Notes: generated by a model from the sequence alone, not told the origin. 64,000 nt of DNA from Candidatus Aenigmatarchaeota archaeon (GCA_016202815.1 JACQNZ010000008.1:33932-97931), one strand, 5' to 3'; shown: positions 9,993-18,918, numbered from the stretch's first letter. Numbers and translations: made by a program.

Positions 9993-10808
9993 TTATTTCT
10001 TAATGAATTTACCGAGCGGAGCGTTTGATTTGTCCAGGTCCATTCTCATGCCGTCCTCTGCCGCGATGACGCTGGTGCCTGTTTCCTTTGCGGCTTTTTG
10101 CGCCTGTTTTTCCGGCCCGCGCTCGATGACCTTCATCCCGAAATGCTGCAGAACGCACAGTTTCGGGTTAGTCTCTTTTATCAGCGTGATCGAGTTGTCA
10201 AGGTTCATATGCATCGGCCACGTGTCGCTGTCCGGACGAAGCATGTTTATTATCAGCAGGTCCGCGTTTTTGTGGAATTTTTTGAGTTCCGGGAAATATT
10301 CCGTATCCGACGTATAGGAAATGGTTTTCGAGCCTTCGATCCTGAATCCGATGCATGAAGGGTCTGTGTGCCTTGTGGGCGTGGCCTTGACTGTTATGGC
10401 TTTTAAATTGGTTGAATCGCCAGCCTTCATCACAGTCACGCTCTCCAGGGCCTTGAGGTATATTTTCAAGACAGCGGGACTGTCATTGTCGTAGCCTTTT
10501 ATCGCCGAGGCGCTGCCGACCAGCATGCCTTTCGGGTTTTTTGCGCCCTCTGTCATCGCGTCTATCATCGCGTTGCAGTCGTTTGAATGGTCAAGATGTA
10601 CGTGTGAAACCATGACCACGTCGGTGTCTTTTACGTTTACTCCATATTCTTTGGCGCGGACAAGCGCTCCAGGCCCCGGATCCACGTGGATGTTGACGCC
10701 GTCCATTTCTATCCTGAACCCGCCCGTGGCGCGCGCCTGCGTGGCCATTGCATACCTTCCACCGCCGCTTCCCAGGAAGACCAATTTCGTCATTAAACCA
10801 CTAAACAA
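9993..10808 (-). CDS. MBL-fold metallo-hydrolase
   Basis: HVHLDHS metallo-beta-lactamase motif. Confidence 0.6.
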   Translation of the reverse strand: MFSGLMTKLVFLGSGGGRYAMATQARATGGFRIEMDGVNIHVDPGPGALVRAKEYGVNVKDTDVVMVSHVHLDHSNDCNAMIDAMTEGAKNPKGMLVGSASAIKGYDNDSPAVLKIYLKALESVTVMKAGDSTNLKAITVKATPTRHTDPSCIGFRIEGSKTISYTSDTEYFPELKKFHKNADLLIINMLRPDSDTWPMHMNLDNSITLIKETNPKLCVLQHFGMKVIERGPEKQAQKAAKETGTSVIAAEDGMRMDLDKSNAPLGKFIKK

Positions 10809-10928
10809 CGAAAAGCTAAAGCTTTTCGTGCACAGGAAACCGTAGATTTCCTATGAGTTTATTCTTAAGACAATTATATAACACTTAAATCGGACAGCAG
10901 AATAAAGTTAATAGGAGTTGAGCCGACT

Positions 10929-10960
10929 GAACCACACCGATACAACATACGATGTGGTTC
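10929..10960 (+). repeat. Hairpin GAACCACA-[CCGATACAACATACGA]-TGTGGTTC; loop related to the CCGATAC..ACGG loops of the hairpin family
   Basis: 8-bp perfect inverted repeat read directly; sits ~10 nt upstream of tRNA-Ala. Confidence 0.5.
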
Positions 10961-10970
10961 TGGTTAAAAC

Positions 10971-11174
10971 GGGCCGGTAGATCAACGGTACAACCCTTTT
11001 CCGCTTCGCGCAAAAGCGTTGACGGAAAAACGCGTTAAAGATCGCGACGTTCGCACAAGCCTTTCTTTCAAAAGAAAGCCTTGAGGGAAAGAAATTAAAT
11101 TGAAATAAAAGCCTTAAGGGAAAAGAAAGCTTTGAAACTCGTCGAGGCTTCGGGTTCGAATCCCGACCGGTCCA
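10971..11174 (+). tRNA. tRNA-Ala(CGC) with two introns (D-loop ~49 nt; anticodon-loop ~83 nt)
   Basis: Acceptor GGGCCGG/CCGGTCC with a G3:U70 pair (Ala identity) and discriminator A. D-stem GATC (10980-83) / GATC (11040-43). Anticodon stem CGACG/CGTCG with loop TTCGCAC. T-arm TCGGG-TTCGAAT-CCCGA. Confidence 0.75.
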
Positions 11175-11207
11175 CTATTTTTAAGCTTTTAGTGTTATCA
11201 AAAACCC

Positions 11208-12302
11208 ATGGCAATTCTTTCCGACCGTTCAATTAGAGGAGCTTTGGAGAGAGGTATTTTTACACTGGAGCCGTTTGTTCAGTCCAGGCTGGGCCCAGCG
11301 TCAGTTGATGTTTTAGTTGGTGACATTTATCGCATAGACCTTGAAACCGGAAACACCGAACCGATAAAGGATAGGGTAATAGGGAACGGTTATTACTTTG
11401 CTGATTCAATAGAAAACATTTCCATAGACCGGGATAATTTCGACGCAGGCGTAACAACCAGAAGCAGCCCTGCTAGGTGTGGTTTAAAAGTCGAGAGTTT
11501 CGTGGGCAGCGAATTTCATAACTATGCAGTAAACAGAATGAAAAAATTCGGTTTGGGAAATTTGCCGCATGACCAAAGAAAACTTCCTGTGATTCTGAGC
11601 ACCTGTGGTACACGGGTAGAATTGCCTGCTGATTATCCGCCATGTCAATTGGTAATAGCTGAAAAAGGAACATACAAACGGCCGCTAAGTGTAAGCGAGT
11701 TGAAAGAAGCCATCAGAAAAGGAGGCGTGCGGGTAACTGATAACAGCGGCAGAACCGTAATGCCGTTTCATCACCGAGGATATTCTCAGTATGACTCGTT
11801 TCCAGAGGAATCGCCTCATGGCGAATTTCATCTCAGTTTTGTTGACGATGTAAGGGTTTACACGGGTAAAGGAGTGATTTCTCCCCGTTTCGATACAAGC
11901 GATGTTTTTGCATCATTGCATTTGGGTGAAGAATTTGACTTGGGGCCGGGACATTTTTATCTATCCCAGACGTCCGAAAGAGTAACCTTGGGAAACAGGT
12001 ATGTGGGTTTATTGACAAACCGTGATATGCCGTATCAGGTTGGTGTACACGCTAACGCGCCATTTATATGGCCGGGATCAGACGGTTCCCAAATTTTTGA
12101 ATTGTGGTCGTTATTTTCTATACCCTTGCTCGAAATCCTGGGAAAAGAAGGAATGAGATCGCACATATCGCGTGAGAACGCTTGTCATTTGTTGGTCTAC
12201 CCTTTGACAGAAGAACCGGAACATTCTTATGGCACCAGGCCAAAAGACAAATACCGTGGCCAAAGTTCTATCGGATATAAAGGCCACCTGGATTTTTCAT
12301 AG
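11208..12302 (+). CDS. dCTP deaminase/dUTPase-fold protein with a ~180-aa internal insertion
   Basis: N-terminus MAILSDRSIRGALERG...LEPF...GPASVDVLVGD matches the Dcd N-terminus. The C-terminal half matches the Dcd core and tail: GHFYLSQTSERVTLGN...FIWPGSDGSQIFELWS...SYGTRPKDKYRGQSS. The region between has no recognisable family. Confidence 0.55.
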   Translation: MAILSDRSIRGALERGIFTLEPFVQSRLGPASVDVLVGDIYRIDLETGNTEPIKDRVIGNGYYFADSIENISIDRDNFDAGVTTRSSPARCGLKVESFVGSEFHNYAVNRMKKFGLGNLPHDQRKLPVILSTCGTRVELPADYPPCQLVIAEKGTYKRPLSVSELKEAIRKGGVRVTDNSGRTVMPFHHRGYSQYDSFPEESPHGEFHLSFVDDVRVYTGKGVISPRFDTSDVFASLHLGEEFDLGPGHFYLSQTSERVTLGNRYVGLLTNRDMPYQVGVHANAPFIWPGSDGSQIFELWSLFSIPLLEILGKEGMRSHISRENACHLLVYPLTEEPEHSYGTRPKDKYRGQSSIGYKGHLDFS

Positions 12303-12383
12303 TTTATGGTTTTTCCATATTTTTAACCATAGCATAGCCTATAAGTTTAAAGTTTATTTACAGTAAAAGAAGAAGAGTTCTAG

Positions 12384-12537
12384 GGGCGCGTAGCTCAGCT
12401 TGGTAACTAGACGCATGCGGAAACTGAAACAGGTGCTCTTAAGTATGCACCTGTTTCTAGCTGCTTTGTGCGTCAGTCGGGAAAAGAGCGTTCGACTGAT
12501 AATCGAAAGGTCCTCGGTTCAAATCCGAGCGTGCCCA
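12384..12537 (+). tRNA. tRNA-Ile(GAU) with a ~79-nt D-loop intron
   Basis: Acceptor GGGCGCG/CGTGCCC, D-stem GCTC...GAGC, anticodon stem TTCGA/TCGAA with loop CTGATAA, T-arm CTCGG-TTCAAAT-CCGAG. Insertion after GGTA begins ACTAGACGCA and ends TGCGTCAGTCGG. Confidence 0.75.
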
Positions 12538-12545
12538 CTTTTATT

Positions 12546-13058
12546 TTATAAATCATGTTCGCCAGTGCGTCGCCTAAAATCTTCCAGAAGCGGCCGGTAT
12601 TTGGTTTCTTTCAAACCCCTCGCTATCTCAATGATTTCCTGCGGTGTTTTTACATGGATTTTATTCGCAAGGCCGCGGACAGGAATTCTTTTCATGCAAT
12701 ACGCATCCTTGCCGGCCTGAAGCGTGAAACCAATCACTACCGCGTCCCTGTCTTCGATAAGGCCGTCCGGATTAACAACGTATGCCAAATCCGAAGCTCG
12801 CGACCCGAGAAGCTGGGTTTCCAATTCCTGTTTTCTTGCGATTGCTATATGCTCCTCGCTTCCTGACCACATGGGATCGTATTTTGTTGCGTCTTCGGGG
12901 TCTCTGTAATGGGGCCAGGGAACCAGTGCATCTATTCCTTCTTTCCCGAACTCTTCGTATAAGTTTCGCATTTCCTGGTAAAACCTGAGGCTTCCTATTA
13001 ACGCAACCTTCGGCCAGAATACCCGCTTACGGGCGTTTTCTGTTAAATCTGGAATCAT
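12546..13058 (-). CDS. Hypothetical protein; weak resemblance to Rossmann-type nucleoside 2-deoxyribosyltransferase/YtoQ-like proteins
   Basis: Likely start MIPDLTENARKRVFWPKVALIGS; the functional guess rests only on a loose motif pattern. Confidence 0.3.
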   Translation of the reverse strand: MIPDLTENARKRVFWPKVALIGSLRFYQEMRNLYEEFGKEGIDALVPWPHYRDPEDATKYDPMWSGSEEHIAIARKQELETQLLGSRASDLAYVVNPDGLIEDRDAVVIGFTLQAGKDAYCMKRIPVRGLANKIHVKTPQEIIEIARGLKETKYRPLLEDFRRRTGEHDL

Positions 13059-13147
13059 AGTTAGCACACGTCTGTCGGTTTTATATACACAAACACAGGT
13101 GGGCAAGGAAAACAAATTTAGCGGTTAAACGGCGCGGCGGAACCCGC

Positions 13148-13558
13148 TTAATTTATCTTGAAATTCCTGTCCACCAGCAGGTGTACGGAGAATCCCAGGA
13201 AACCAAACACCGAAAGCATGATCGCTTTCAGCAGCTCGTCCCAGAAAAACATTCCGACTGCAAAAAGGAACGCGCCGTAAACAAATGCGGTTTTGAAATT
13301 GTGGTAAGGCCGTTCTTCGGTCGAGAACAGCGGCCTGGCCCGTCCGGCTATTACATAATATAAAAACACGGGCGCAAAGAACAGCAGCGCGTATTTTTCC
13401 CGCAGCGTCCATCCCTTTCGCCTGTTATTGGTTTTCTTCACAAGGTATCCTATGTCCGGAAGGAAGCCGCTGTAAAGGAACACGAACAGGGATATGAACA
13501 ACGAAGCAAAGACGCGCGTGTCTAAAGCGGTTCCAATGACCAGGTAGAATACCATCAA
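13148..13558 (-). CDS. Hypothetical integral membrane protein
   Basis: Several hydrophobic segments; TTG start. The overlapping frame 13425..13769 may encode an N-terminal cytoplasmic extension (see findings). Confidence 0.35.
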   Translation of the reverse strand: MMVFYLVIGTALDTRVFASLFISLFVFLYSGFLPDIGYLVKKTNNRRKGWTLREKYALLFFAPVFLYYVIAGRARPLFSTEERPYHNFKTAFVYGAFLFAVGMFFWDELLKAIMLSVFGFLGFSVHLLVDRNFKIN

Positions 13559-14008
13559 CGGGATTATTAACCTCTTGAAAGCCCACGATATGAAAGCGAA
13601 ATGCTCCGTTATCTCGCTTTCTATTTTCTTGAATGTTGCGAACGGCGGCAGCCTTTTCAGCAGAAGCCTGTCCCAATATTCGCCCAGCCTCTTGCGCGTC
13701 TTTTTGATAATAATCGCCTTTCATAGAATTGGAGCGATTCACAAATATAAGCGAGCAGGGGAAATACATTCTAGTGGTAGTTGCATCCTAAGTCTCGTAT
13801 ATTCAACCTATGCAACACGTGTTGGTGGTCGTCGTATTTCTTGCACAACAGATAACTCAACTATCCATTATGTAACATCACAGTGTCGTATTCGTTTATT
13901 ACCAGCTGCATTCCCATCTGAAATCGGCTAAGTATTAAAACCCAGAGCAGTAAGGAGTTCCGATAGCCATCAATTTAAGCAAACGAAGGAAATAATCATA
14001 TTGGTAAC

Positions 14009-14443
14009 ATGACGCAATGTCCGAACTGTCAGAACAGCGTGCATCTTGTCCAGTCCACGCCGACGGTAATATTATTATGCAAAGGCTGCGGGACTTTTTT
14101 CGACGCTTCCCTGCAGGTTGTCGGCGACCTGAAAGCAGGCCTGGACATGGACAGGATTTCCAACAGCCCGAAAACAGTGGAACGTCCCCGGCAGGAACAA
14201 CCGGCCGAACCGCAGATTTCGGAACAAGAACCTGCGACGGACATCGAAGAACAAAAACCAGAACAGCCCGTAAGGCGGACGGAAAGTATGGCGTCCTTTT
14301 TGTCAGGCAGCGGTTTTTCTTCCGGGTACGGATGCCCGAAATGCGGCTCCGGCATGAAGCCGATGGAGAGCCCCGTCACGGGAAACATTCTTTACACATG
14401 CGCCAAGTGCGGATACACCGGCACGGTTTACGTGAAAAGGTGA
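14009..14443 (+). CDS. Double zinc-ribbon protein
   Basis: CPNCQ...CKGCG at the N-terminus and CPKCG...CAKCG at the C-terminus, with an acidic linker between. Confidence 0.5.
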   Translation: MTQCPNCQNSVHLVQSTPTVILLCKGCGTFFDASLQVVGDLKAGLDMDRISNSPKTVERPRQEQPAEPQISEQEPATDIEEQKPEQPVRRTESMASFLSGSGFSSGYGCPKCGSGMKPMESPVTGNILYTCAKCGYTGTVYVKR

Positions 14444-14758
14444 TCAGACTTTCAGCACTACGCCTTCTTTGACGGCTTCGTTCACTATGCTCAGTTCTTT
14501 TTTTCGCTTTTCAAATTCTTCTTCGGTCAGGCATATCACGTCAAGGCTGAATTTGCCTTCTGTCAATTTTATGACCTCTACCATTCTTTGGTGCCAGTCA
14601 TATTTGGAAAATTTGTCAGAAACGATCAGCAAATCGTAATCACTGTCTATCAGATAGTCGCCCCTGGCCCTCGAGCCGAATAATATTACTTTTGAGGGGG
14701 CGAATTTCTTTTTTACTTTGCGTAAGAACATTCTTATTTCATTTGTTTGAACAGCCAT
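14444..14758 (-). CDS. Minimal nucleotidyltransferase (MNT, Pol-beta superfamily); antitoxin-like partner of HEPN
   Basis: ILFGSRARGDYLIDSDYDLLIV (GS...D.D motif). Confidence 0.75.
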   Translation of the reverse strand: MAVQTNEIRMFLRKVKKKFAPSKVILFGSRARGDYLIDSDYDLLIVSDKFSKYDWHQRMVEVIKLTEGKFSLDVICLTEEEFEKRKKELSIVNEAVKEGVVLKV

Positions 14759-15107
14759 TTTAACAACCTGTCCGCTGATTTCAATTTTTCCTGCGCCTTG
14801 GTTTTATCGTATAACTCGGCAGGCGTAGCACCCGCAATATCAGGGTACCTGGTTATTGTTGCATCCGGAGTAAGGTCTGCTGCTATACGTTGGAGATCCT
14901 TTGGAAGTCTAAGCTTTTCAGCCAGTCTTAGTAGATTGTGTATCTTAGGGGTGGGGACTTGAAACGCAGCATGAAAAGGGCCTTCAGAGCTTTCTCAACA
15001 GTCTGTTGTGCAAAAAAAGCGCAGGCGTAATAGTTGCCTGCGGTAAGGCAGTCTTTCGCAGTTTTCATGTCAGCCGCAGCCTGTTTTATCCAGTTTACTA
15101 TTTCTGG
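14734..15107 (-). pseudogene. HEPN-domain protein interrupted by a -1 frameshift in a C homopolymer (~14950); either a real pseudogene or a 1-nt assembly error
   Basis: Frame A reads MRPEIVNWIKQAAADMKTAKDCLTAGNYYACAFFAQQTVEKALKALFMLRFK and then stops. Frame B continues PKIHNLLRLAEKLRLPKDLQRIAADLTPDATITRYPDIAGATPAELYDKTKAQEKLKSADRLLKWLFKQMK, which is HEPN helix 3-4 including the RYP motif. It ends 25 nt inside the MNT gene. Confidence 0.6.
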
Positions 15108-15145
15108 TCTCATAGTATGATTTGTTATGATCACGTAAAAAGCTT

Positions 15146-17167
15146 TTACCTTATTAACGCACCCGTACCGACGTCCTTGTCCGGTTTTAACAAAACAACA
15201 GAGCCGTCCTTCTCCGCGGCTAACATCATGCACTGCGATTCAAGGCCCATGAATTTGACAGGTTTCAAGTTGACAACAACAACCACGTTTTTGCCGATCA
15301 AATCCTGCGCCTTGTAAAACTTGGCCATGCCCGCAATGCACTGCCGGGTTTCATTTCCGATGTCGACCATCAATTTCAGTAATTTTTCGGACTTGGGCAC
15401 GTTTTCCGCCGATGTCACCTTCCCGATTCTTATGTCCAATTTCTGGAAATCTTCGATATTTAACAATTCCTTCGCACCCCCCAATTTTTCCAGACGCTTC
15501 CTGATGGAACCGTCTTCGACTTTGTTGAACAATATCTCAGCCGCGTTTATTTTGTGCCCCGGTTTTATTTTCAATTCCGAAGCTGACAGCCAGTCCGCCG
15601 TTTTTACGTTAAGCATGTTGTTTATTTTTTCCGAGGCAAACGGAAGAAATGGCGCGAGAAGTATAGAAAGCGTCCTGCACGCGTTGGCACAGACGTAAAG
15701 GCACGTCTTGTTGTTTTTGTTTTTCCAGGGTTCTTCCAGCTGAAGATAATAATTGCATGCGCTTGAAAATTCAAGTATTTTTTTCAAGGCCCTGTCGTGA
15801 CTGTTGGACTCTATGTCTTTTCCCACGCTTACGGCTATGCATTTTATTTTATCCACCAGTTCGTTTTCCAGCTCCGCGGATCTGGTTTCTAACGTGTCTT
15901 CGGGATCCGGGACAACTCCGCCGAATTTGGTATTTATGAAGGTCAGCGTCCGGTTGACGAAGTTGCCAATGTTGGCTACAAGTTCGTTGTTTATTTTCGC
16001 CTGGAATTCCAGCCAGTCAAAATTGACATCATGCTGCGAGTACGTCGTTATCGACGATAAATAGAAGCGCAAATAGTCCGGGGGAAATTCGTTCAAAAAA
16101 TCTTCTAACGATATGTACCACCCGCGGCTTTTGGAGAATTTCTTGCCCTGCAGCAGCAGGTAGCCGCGCGTAGGTATGTAATCTGGCGCTTTGAACTCGT
16201 TCGTGATCAGCCGGATGGCCGTCATGAACAGGTAATGGTGGTAAACGATGTCTTTTCCTATGTAATGGTATATCTTCGACGAATTCCAGAATTGTTTCGC
16301 CTTTTCCGCGCCGCCAAAATATTTTATCGCCGTTGACGCATAACCTATGGCGTTGTCGAACCAGCCGTAAAAGACTTTGTTGTTTTCATTTGGCACCGGC
16401 ACGCCCCACGGTATGTCGCGGGTTATGTCCCATTCCTTCAGCCCTTCGTCAATCCATTTCAAAACATAATTTTTCACGTCCGCCTGCAGGTTGTTGTTCG
16501 TTAATAACCAGTCGCGCAACTCGTCGGAAAACGCGGATAGCCTGAGGAAACAGTGCTCGCTTTTCTTCCGGACTGGCGTGCGCTTGCATAACGCACAGTG
16601 CTCGTTTTTGATTTCGCCCGGCTCAAACACGCGGCCGCATTTCTCGCAGCCGTCGGAATATTGTTCTTCTGCGTTGCAGTAAGGGCACGTGCCTTTGACA
16701 TAGCGGTCGGGGAGGAATTTCTTGTCGTATTCGCAGTACGGCTGCGAAACGGTTTTCTTGAATATGAAGCCCTTCCTGCCGAGCACGTCGAAAAAATGCT
16801 GCGCCAGTTTTATGTTCTCCTCTGAACTGGTCTTGTGGAATATGTCAAACGAAATGCCGAGTTTTTTGAAGTCTTTTTGGTCACGCTCGTTCCAGAATTT
16901 CACGTAATCTTCCGGTTTTTTATTTTCCTGCTCGGCTTTTATCAGGATCGGCGTCCCGTAATCGTCGGAACCGCAAAGAAAAAGCACTCTGTGGCCGGTC
17001 GAGCGCAAATAACGCGCAAGTATATCCGCAGGCAGATAAGTCGAGGTAATATGCCCGAGGTGTATTTCGCCGTTGGCATAAGGTAATGCAGAAGTTATAA
17101 CTACATTCCCGGCTTTGGCTAAAGAACTCTTCACTCGGCCGGGAATCTTGTCATCAAAAGCGACCAC
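15146..17167 (-). CDS. metG: Methionyl-tRNA synthetase with C-terminal tRNA-binding (EMAP/Trbp111-like) domain
   Basis: ALPYANGEIHLGH (HIGH), KFSKSRG (KMSKS), zinc knuckle CPYCN...CEKCG, and a C-terminal OB-fold tRNA-binding pattern. Confidence 0.85.
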   Translation of the reverse strand: MVAFDDKIPGRVKSSLAKAGNVVITSALPYANGEIHLGHITSTYLPADILARYLRSTGHRVLFLCGSDDYGTPILIKAEQENKKPEDYVKFWNERDQKDFKKLGISFDIFHKTSSEENIKLAQHFFDVLGRKGFIFKKTVSQPYCEYDKKFLPDRYVKGTCPYCNAEEQYSDGCEKCGRVFEPGEIKNEHCALCKRTPVRKKSEHCFLRLSAFSDELRDWLLTNNNLQADVKNYVLKWIDEGLKEWDITRDIPWGVPVPNENNKVFYGWFDNAIGYASTAIKYFGGAEKAKQFWNSSKIYHYIGKDIVYHHYLFMTAIRLITNEFKAPDYIPTRGYLLLQGKKFSKSRGWYISLEDFLNEFPPDYLRFYLSSITTYSQHDVNFDWLEFQAKINNELVANIGNFVNRTLTFINTKFGGVVPDPEDTLETRSAELENELVDKIKCIAVSVGKDIESNSHDRALKKILEFSSACNYYLQLEEPWKNKNNKTCLYVCANACRTLSILLAPFLPFASEKINNMLNVKTADWLSASELKIKPGHKINAAEILFNKVEDGSIRKRLEKLGGAKELLNIEDFQKLDIRIGKVTSAENVPKSEKLLKLMVDIGNETRQCIAGMAKFYKAQDLIGKNVVVVVNLKPVKFMGLESQCMMLAAEKDGSVVLLKPDKDVGTGALIR

Positions 17168-17206
17168 GACTATTTGATTAAGTAGGATGTCATATTTAAC
17201 TTTATT

Positions 17207-17590
17207 ATGAGGTTCGAGGAAGCGCCTGACATCCGGGAGTCTGTGCAGAAAATAGTGGCCGCGTTGCGGCTGGACCGCATAGACACGAAAAGGCTTTTTT
17301 TCATGCGCAGTTACGGCTCGAAGGGACGGTCGATAGCAAGGATATGGTCAATGCCCAGGGTCTGGCAGAAAGCCATGGGAATAAAGGCGCATTACGTTAT
17401 AGAGGTTATTGCGGAACGTTTCGACAAACTTGGTTTGGAGGAGCGCGAAAAGACGCTCATTCACGAATTGATGCACATACCAAAGGGCTTTTCCGGCGGG
17501 CTCGTCCCGCACAATTGCTTCGGTAAAAAGATAGACAGGCATTCTGTCGACAGGTTGTTTAACGAGTACAAGCAGAGCTTTCGAACTTAA
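17207..17590 (+). CDS. SprT/YgjP-like zinc metallopeptidase (HExxH)
   Basis: HELMHI motif in a ~125-aa protein. Confidence 0.4.
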   Translation: MRFEEAPDIRESVQKIVAALRLDRIDTKRLFFMRSYGSKGRSIARIWSMPRVWQKAMGIKAHYVIEVIAERFDKLGLEEREKTLIHELMHIPKGFSGGLVPHNCFGKKIDRHSVDRLFNEYKQSFRT

Positions 17591-17615
17591 ATAACTGACA
17601 GCCGACTTCTGTTCT

Positions 17616-18812
17616 ATGAGGTTCGTTGTTTTGGCGGCCGTGCTGGTGTTTGTCCCCTTTTTTGCGCAGGCACAGGATTATTCAAGCCCTTCCGTAATGA
17701 AGATATCGCAGAGTCCTGCCGTATCAGTTACGGAATTTTGGAATTATTCGTATTCGGAAAGGCCTTTCGAAAACATCGCAGTAAACATCAGCGTGGGGTA
17801 TTATACTTCCGAAGAGAACGTCGTCCATCAGATAGCGGTCAACGCGGCGAACTTGGGAGACCGTCACGTTGTTTTCGGTTCAACCCCGTATTACTGCAGG
17901 ATAGGAACGAACGATTGTAAGCCGTTCGCATGCAATTATTACTCCGGCGAAATGGAATTGGGGCCGCATTCGTCTGGGCAAAGGTATTGCACCATAACAG
18001 CAAACAGCTGCGCAGGCCGCGAAATACGCATGGAATACACGCTTCAGGGCGTTCGTGGAACTGTAATCACGAAAACCGTTGCGAAATGCCCGCAAAAATT
18101 TTGCGATCGGGTGGCGACTTCTGTAAAAGTGCCGGGCATATCTTATGTCGGGGACAAGATCCTGGCAGAAGGCTTCCTTATTGATATGGCCGGCGAAGGC
18201 GTGCCGTCGCACATCGATGTGAAGGCGGGCGGTTACATTATAAAGGTCGCCTCCAACGAGTTCGGTTACTGGTCTGCCCCGTTGGAGATAAGCAAGCCTG
18301 GATATTATGAGTTGTCCGCCATCTCGGAAAGTTGTAGCCGCATCGCAAAGGCGCAATTTCAGTTAGTGCAGAAGGCAGAAAACGTTTCGGAAACGTTCCT
18401 TTCAGTCTATCCGAAAAGCATAGGAGTTGTTCTTGGGGGAAGCGCGCTGCTGGCAATTAATTTGGACAGCGATGAAAAAATTTCGGTTTCCGTATATGGC
18501 GTCCAGGAAGATTGGATAGAACCTGCCAAATTTACCATGTCCCGCGGCATAAGATTTGTTTACATATCGCCTGGCGCGGAAGGGAATTACGAAATTGCAG
18601 TGCGTGCCGGCCGGGAGGAAAGAAACGTCAGCCTGTTCGTTGCGCCTGCAACAATGCCGCGGGTAGAAATGAAAAGCACGCAGGCGGATGCCCTGGTTTT
18701 CGCAACAGGCTTGTTGCTTTTGTTTTATTCAAAATCCGCCTTTAGGGTTCAAACGACACAAAAAAGGGACTATCTGGGCGCTGTAAAAAAAGAAATAGAG
18801 GATCCCGCTTGA
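17616..18812 (+). CDS. Secreted Cys-rich protein with C-terminal TM anchor
   Basis: Signal peptide MRFVVLAAVLVFVPFFAQA and a hydrophobic C-terminus. Confidence 0.4.
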   Translation: MRFVVLAAVLVFVPFFAQAQDYSSPSVMKISQSPAVSVTEFWNYSYSERPFENIAVNISVGYYTSEENVVHQIAVNAANLGDRHVVFGSTPYYCRIGTNDCKPFACNYYSGEMELGPHSSGQRYCTITANSCAGREIRMEYTLQGVRGTVITKTVAKCPQKFCDRVATSVKVPGISYVGDKILAEGFLIDMAGEGVPSHIDVKAGGYIIKVASNEFGYWSAPLEISKPGYYELSAISESCSRIAKAQFQLVQKAENVSETFLSVYPKSIGVVLGGSALLAINLDSDEKISVSVYGVQEDWIEPAKFTMSRGIRFVYISPGAEGNYEIAVRAGREERNVSLFVAPATMPRVEMKSTQADALVFATGLLLLFYSKSAFRVQTTQKRDYLGAVKKEIEDPA

Positions 18813-18918
18813 GCTTTTCGTTTTAATGAGCTCGTAACCGCGCTCCAAGCGTTTTCCCGTCCTTTTTGGCGAATAGATATTTAAGCTTTAGTATCTTCGT
18901 AATGGATAGGCGGTATTA

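Noticed and set aside
10809-13115. Integrated mobile element between tRNA-Ala and tRNA-Ile
   Set aside because: No integrase or recombinase, and no direct repeat of a tRNA 3' end. Only two genes lie in the interval. It is kept as a bracketed islet observation rather than a mobile-element call.
14017-14472. Alternative 151-aa ORF overlapping the zinc-ribbon gene
   Set aside because: The alternative frame is R-rich and motif-free, whereas the 14009..14443 frame has paired CxxC zinc ribbons.
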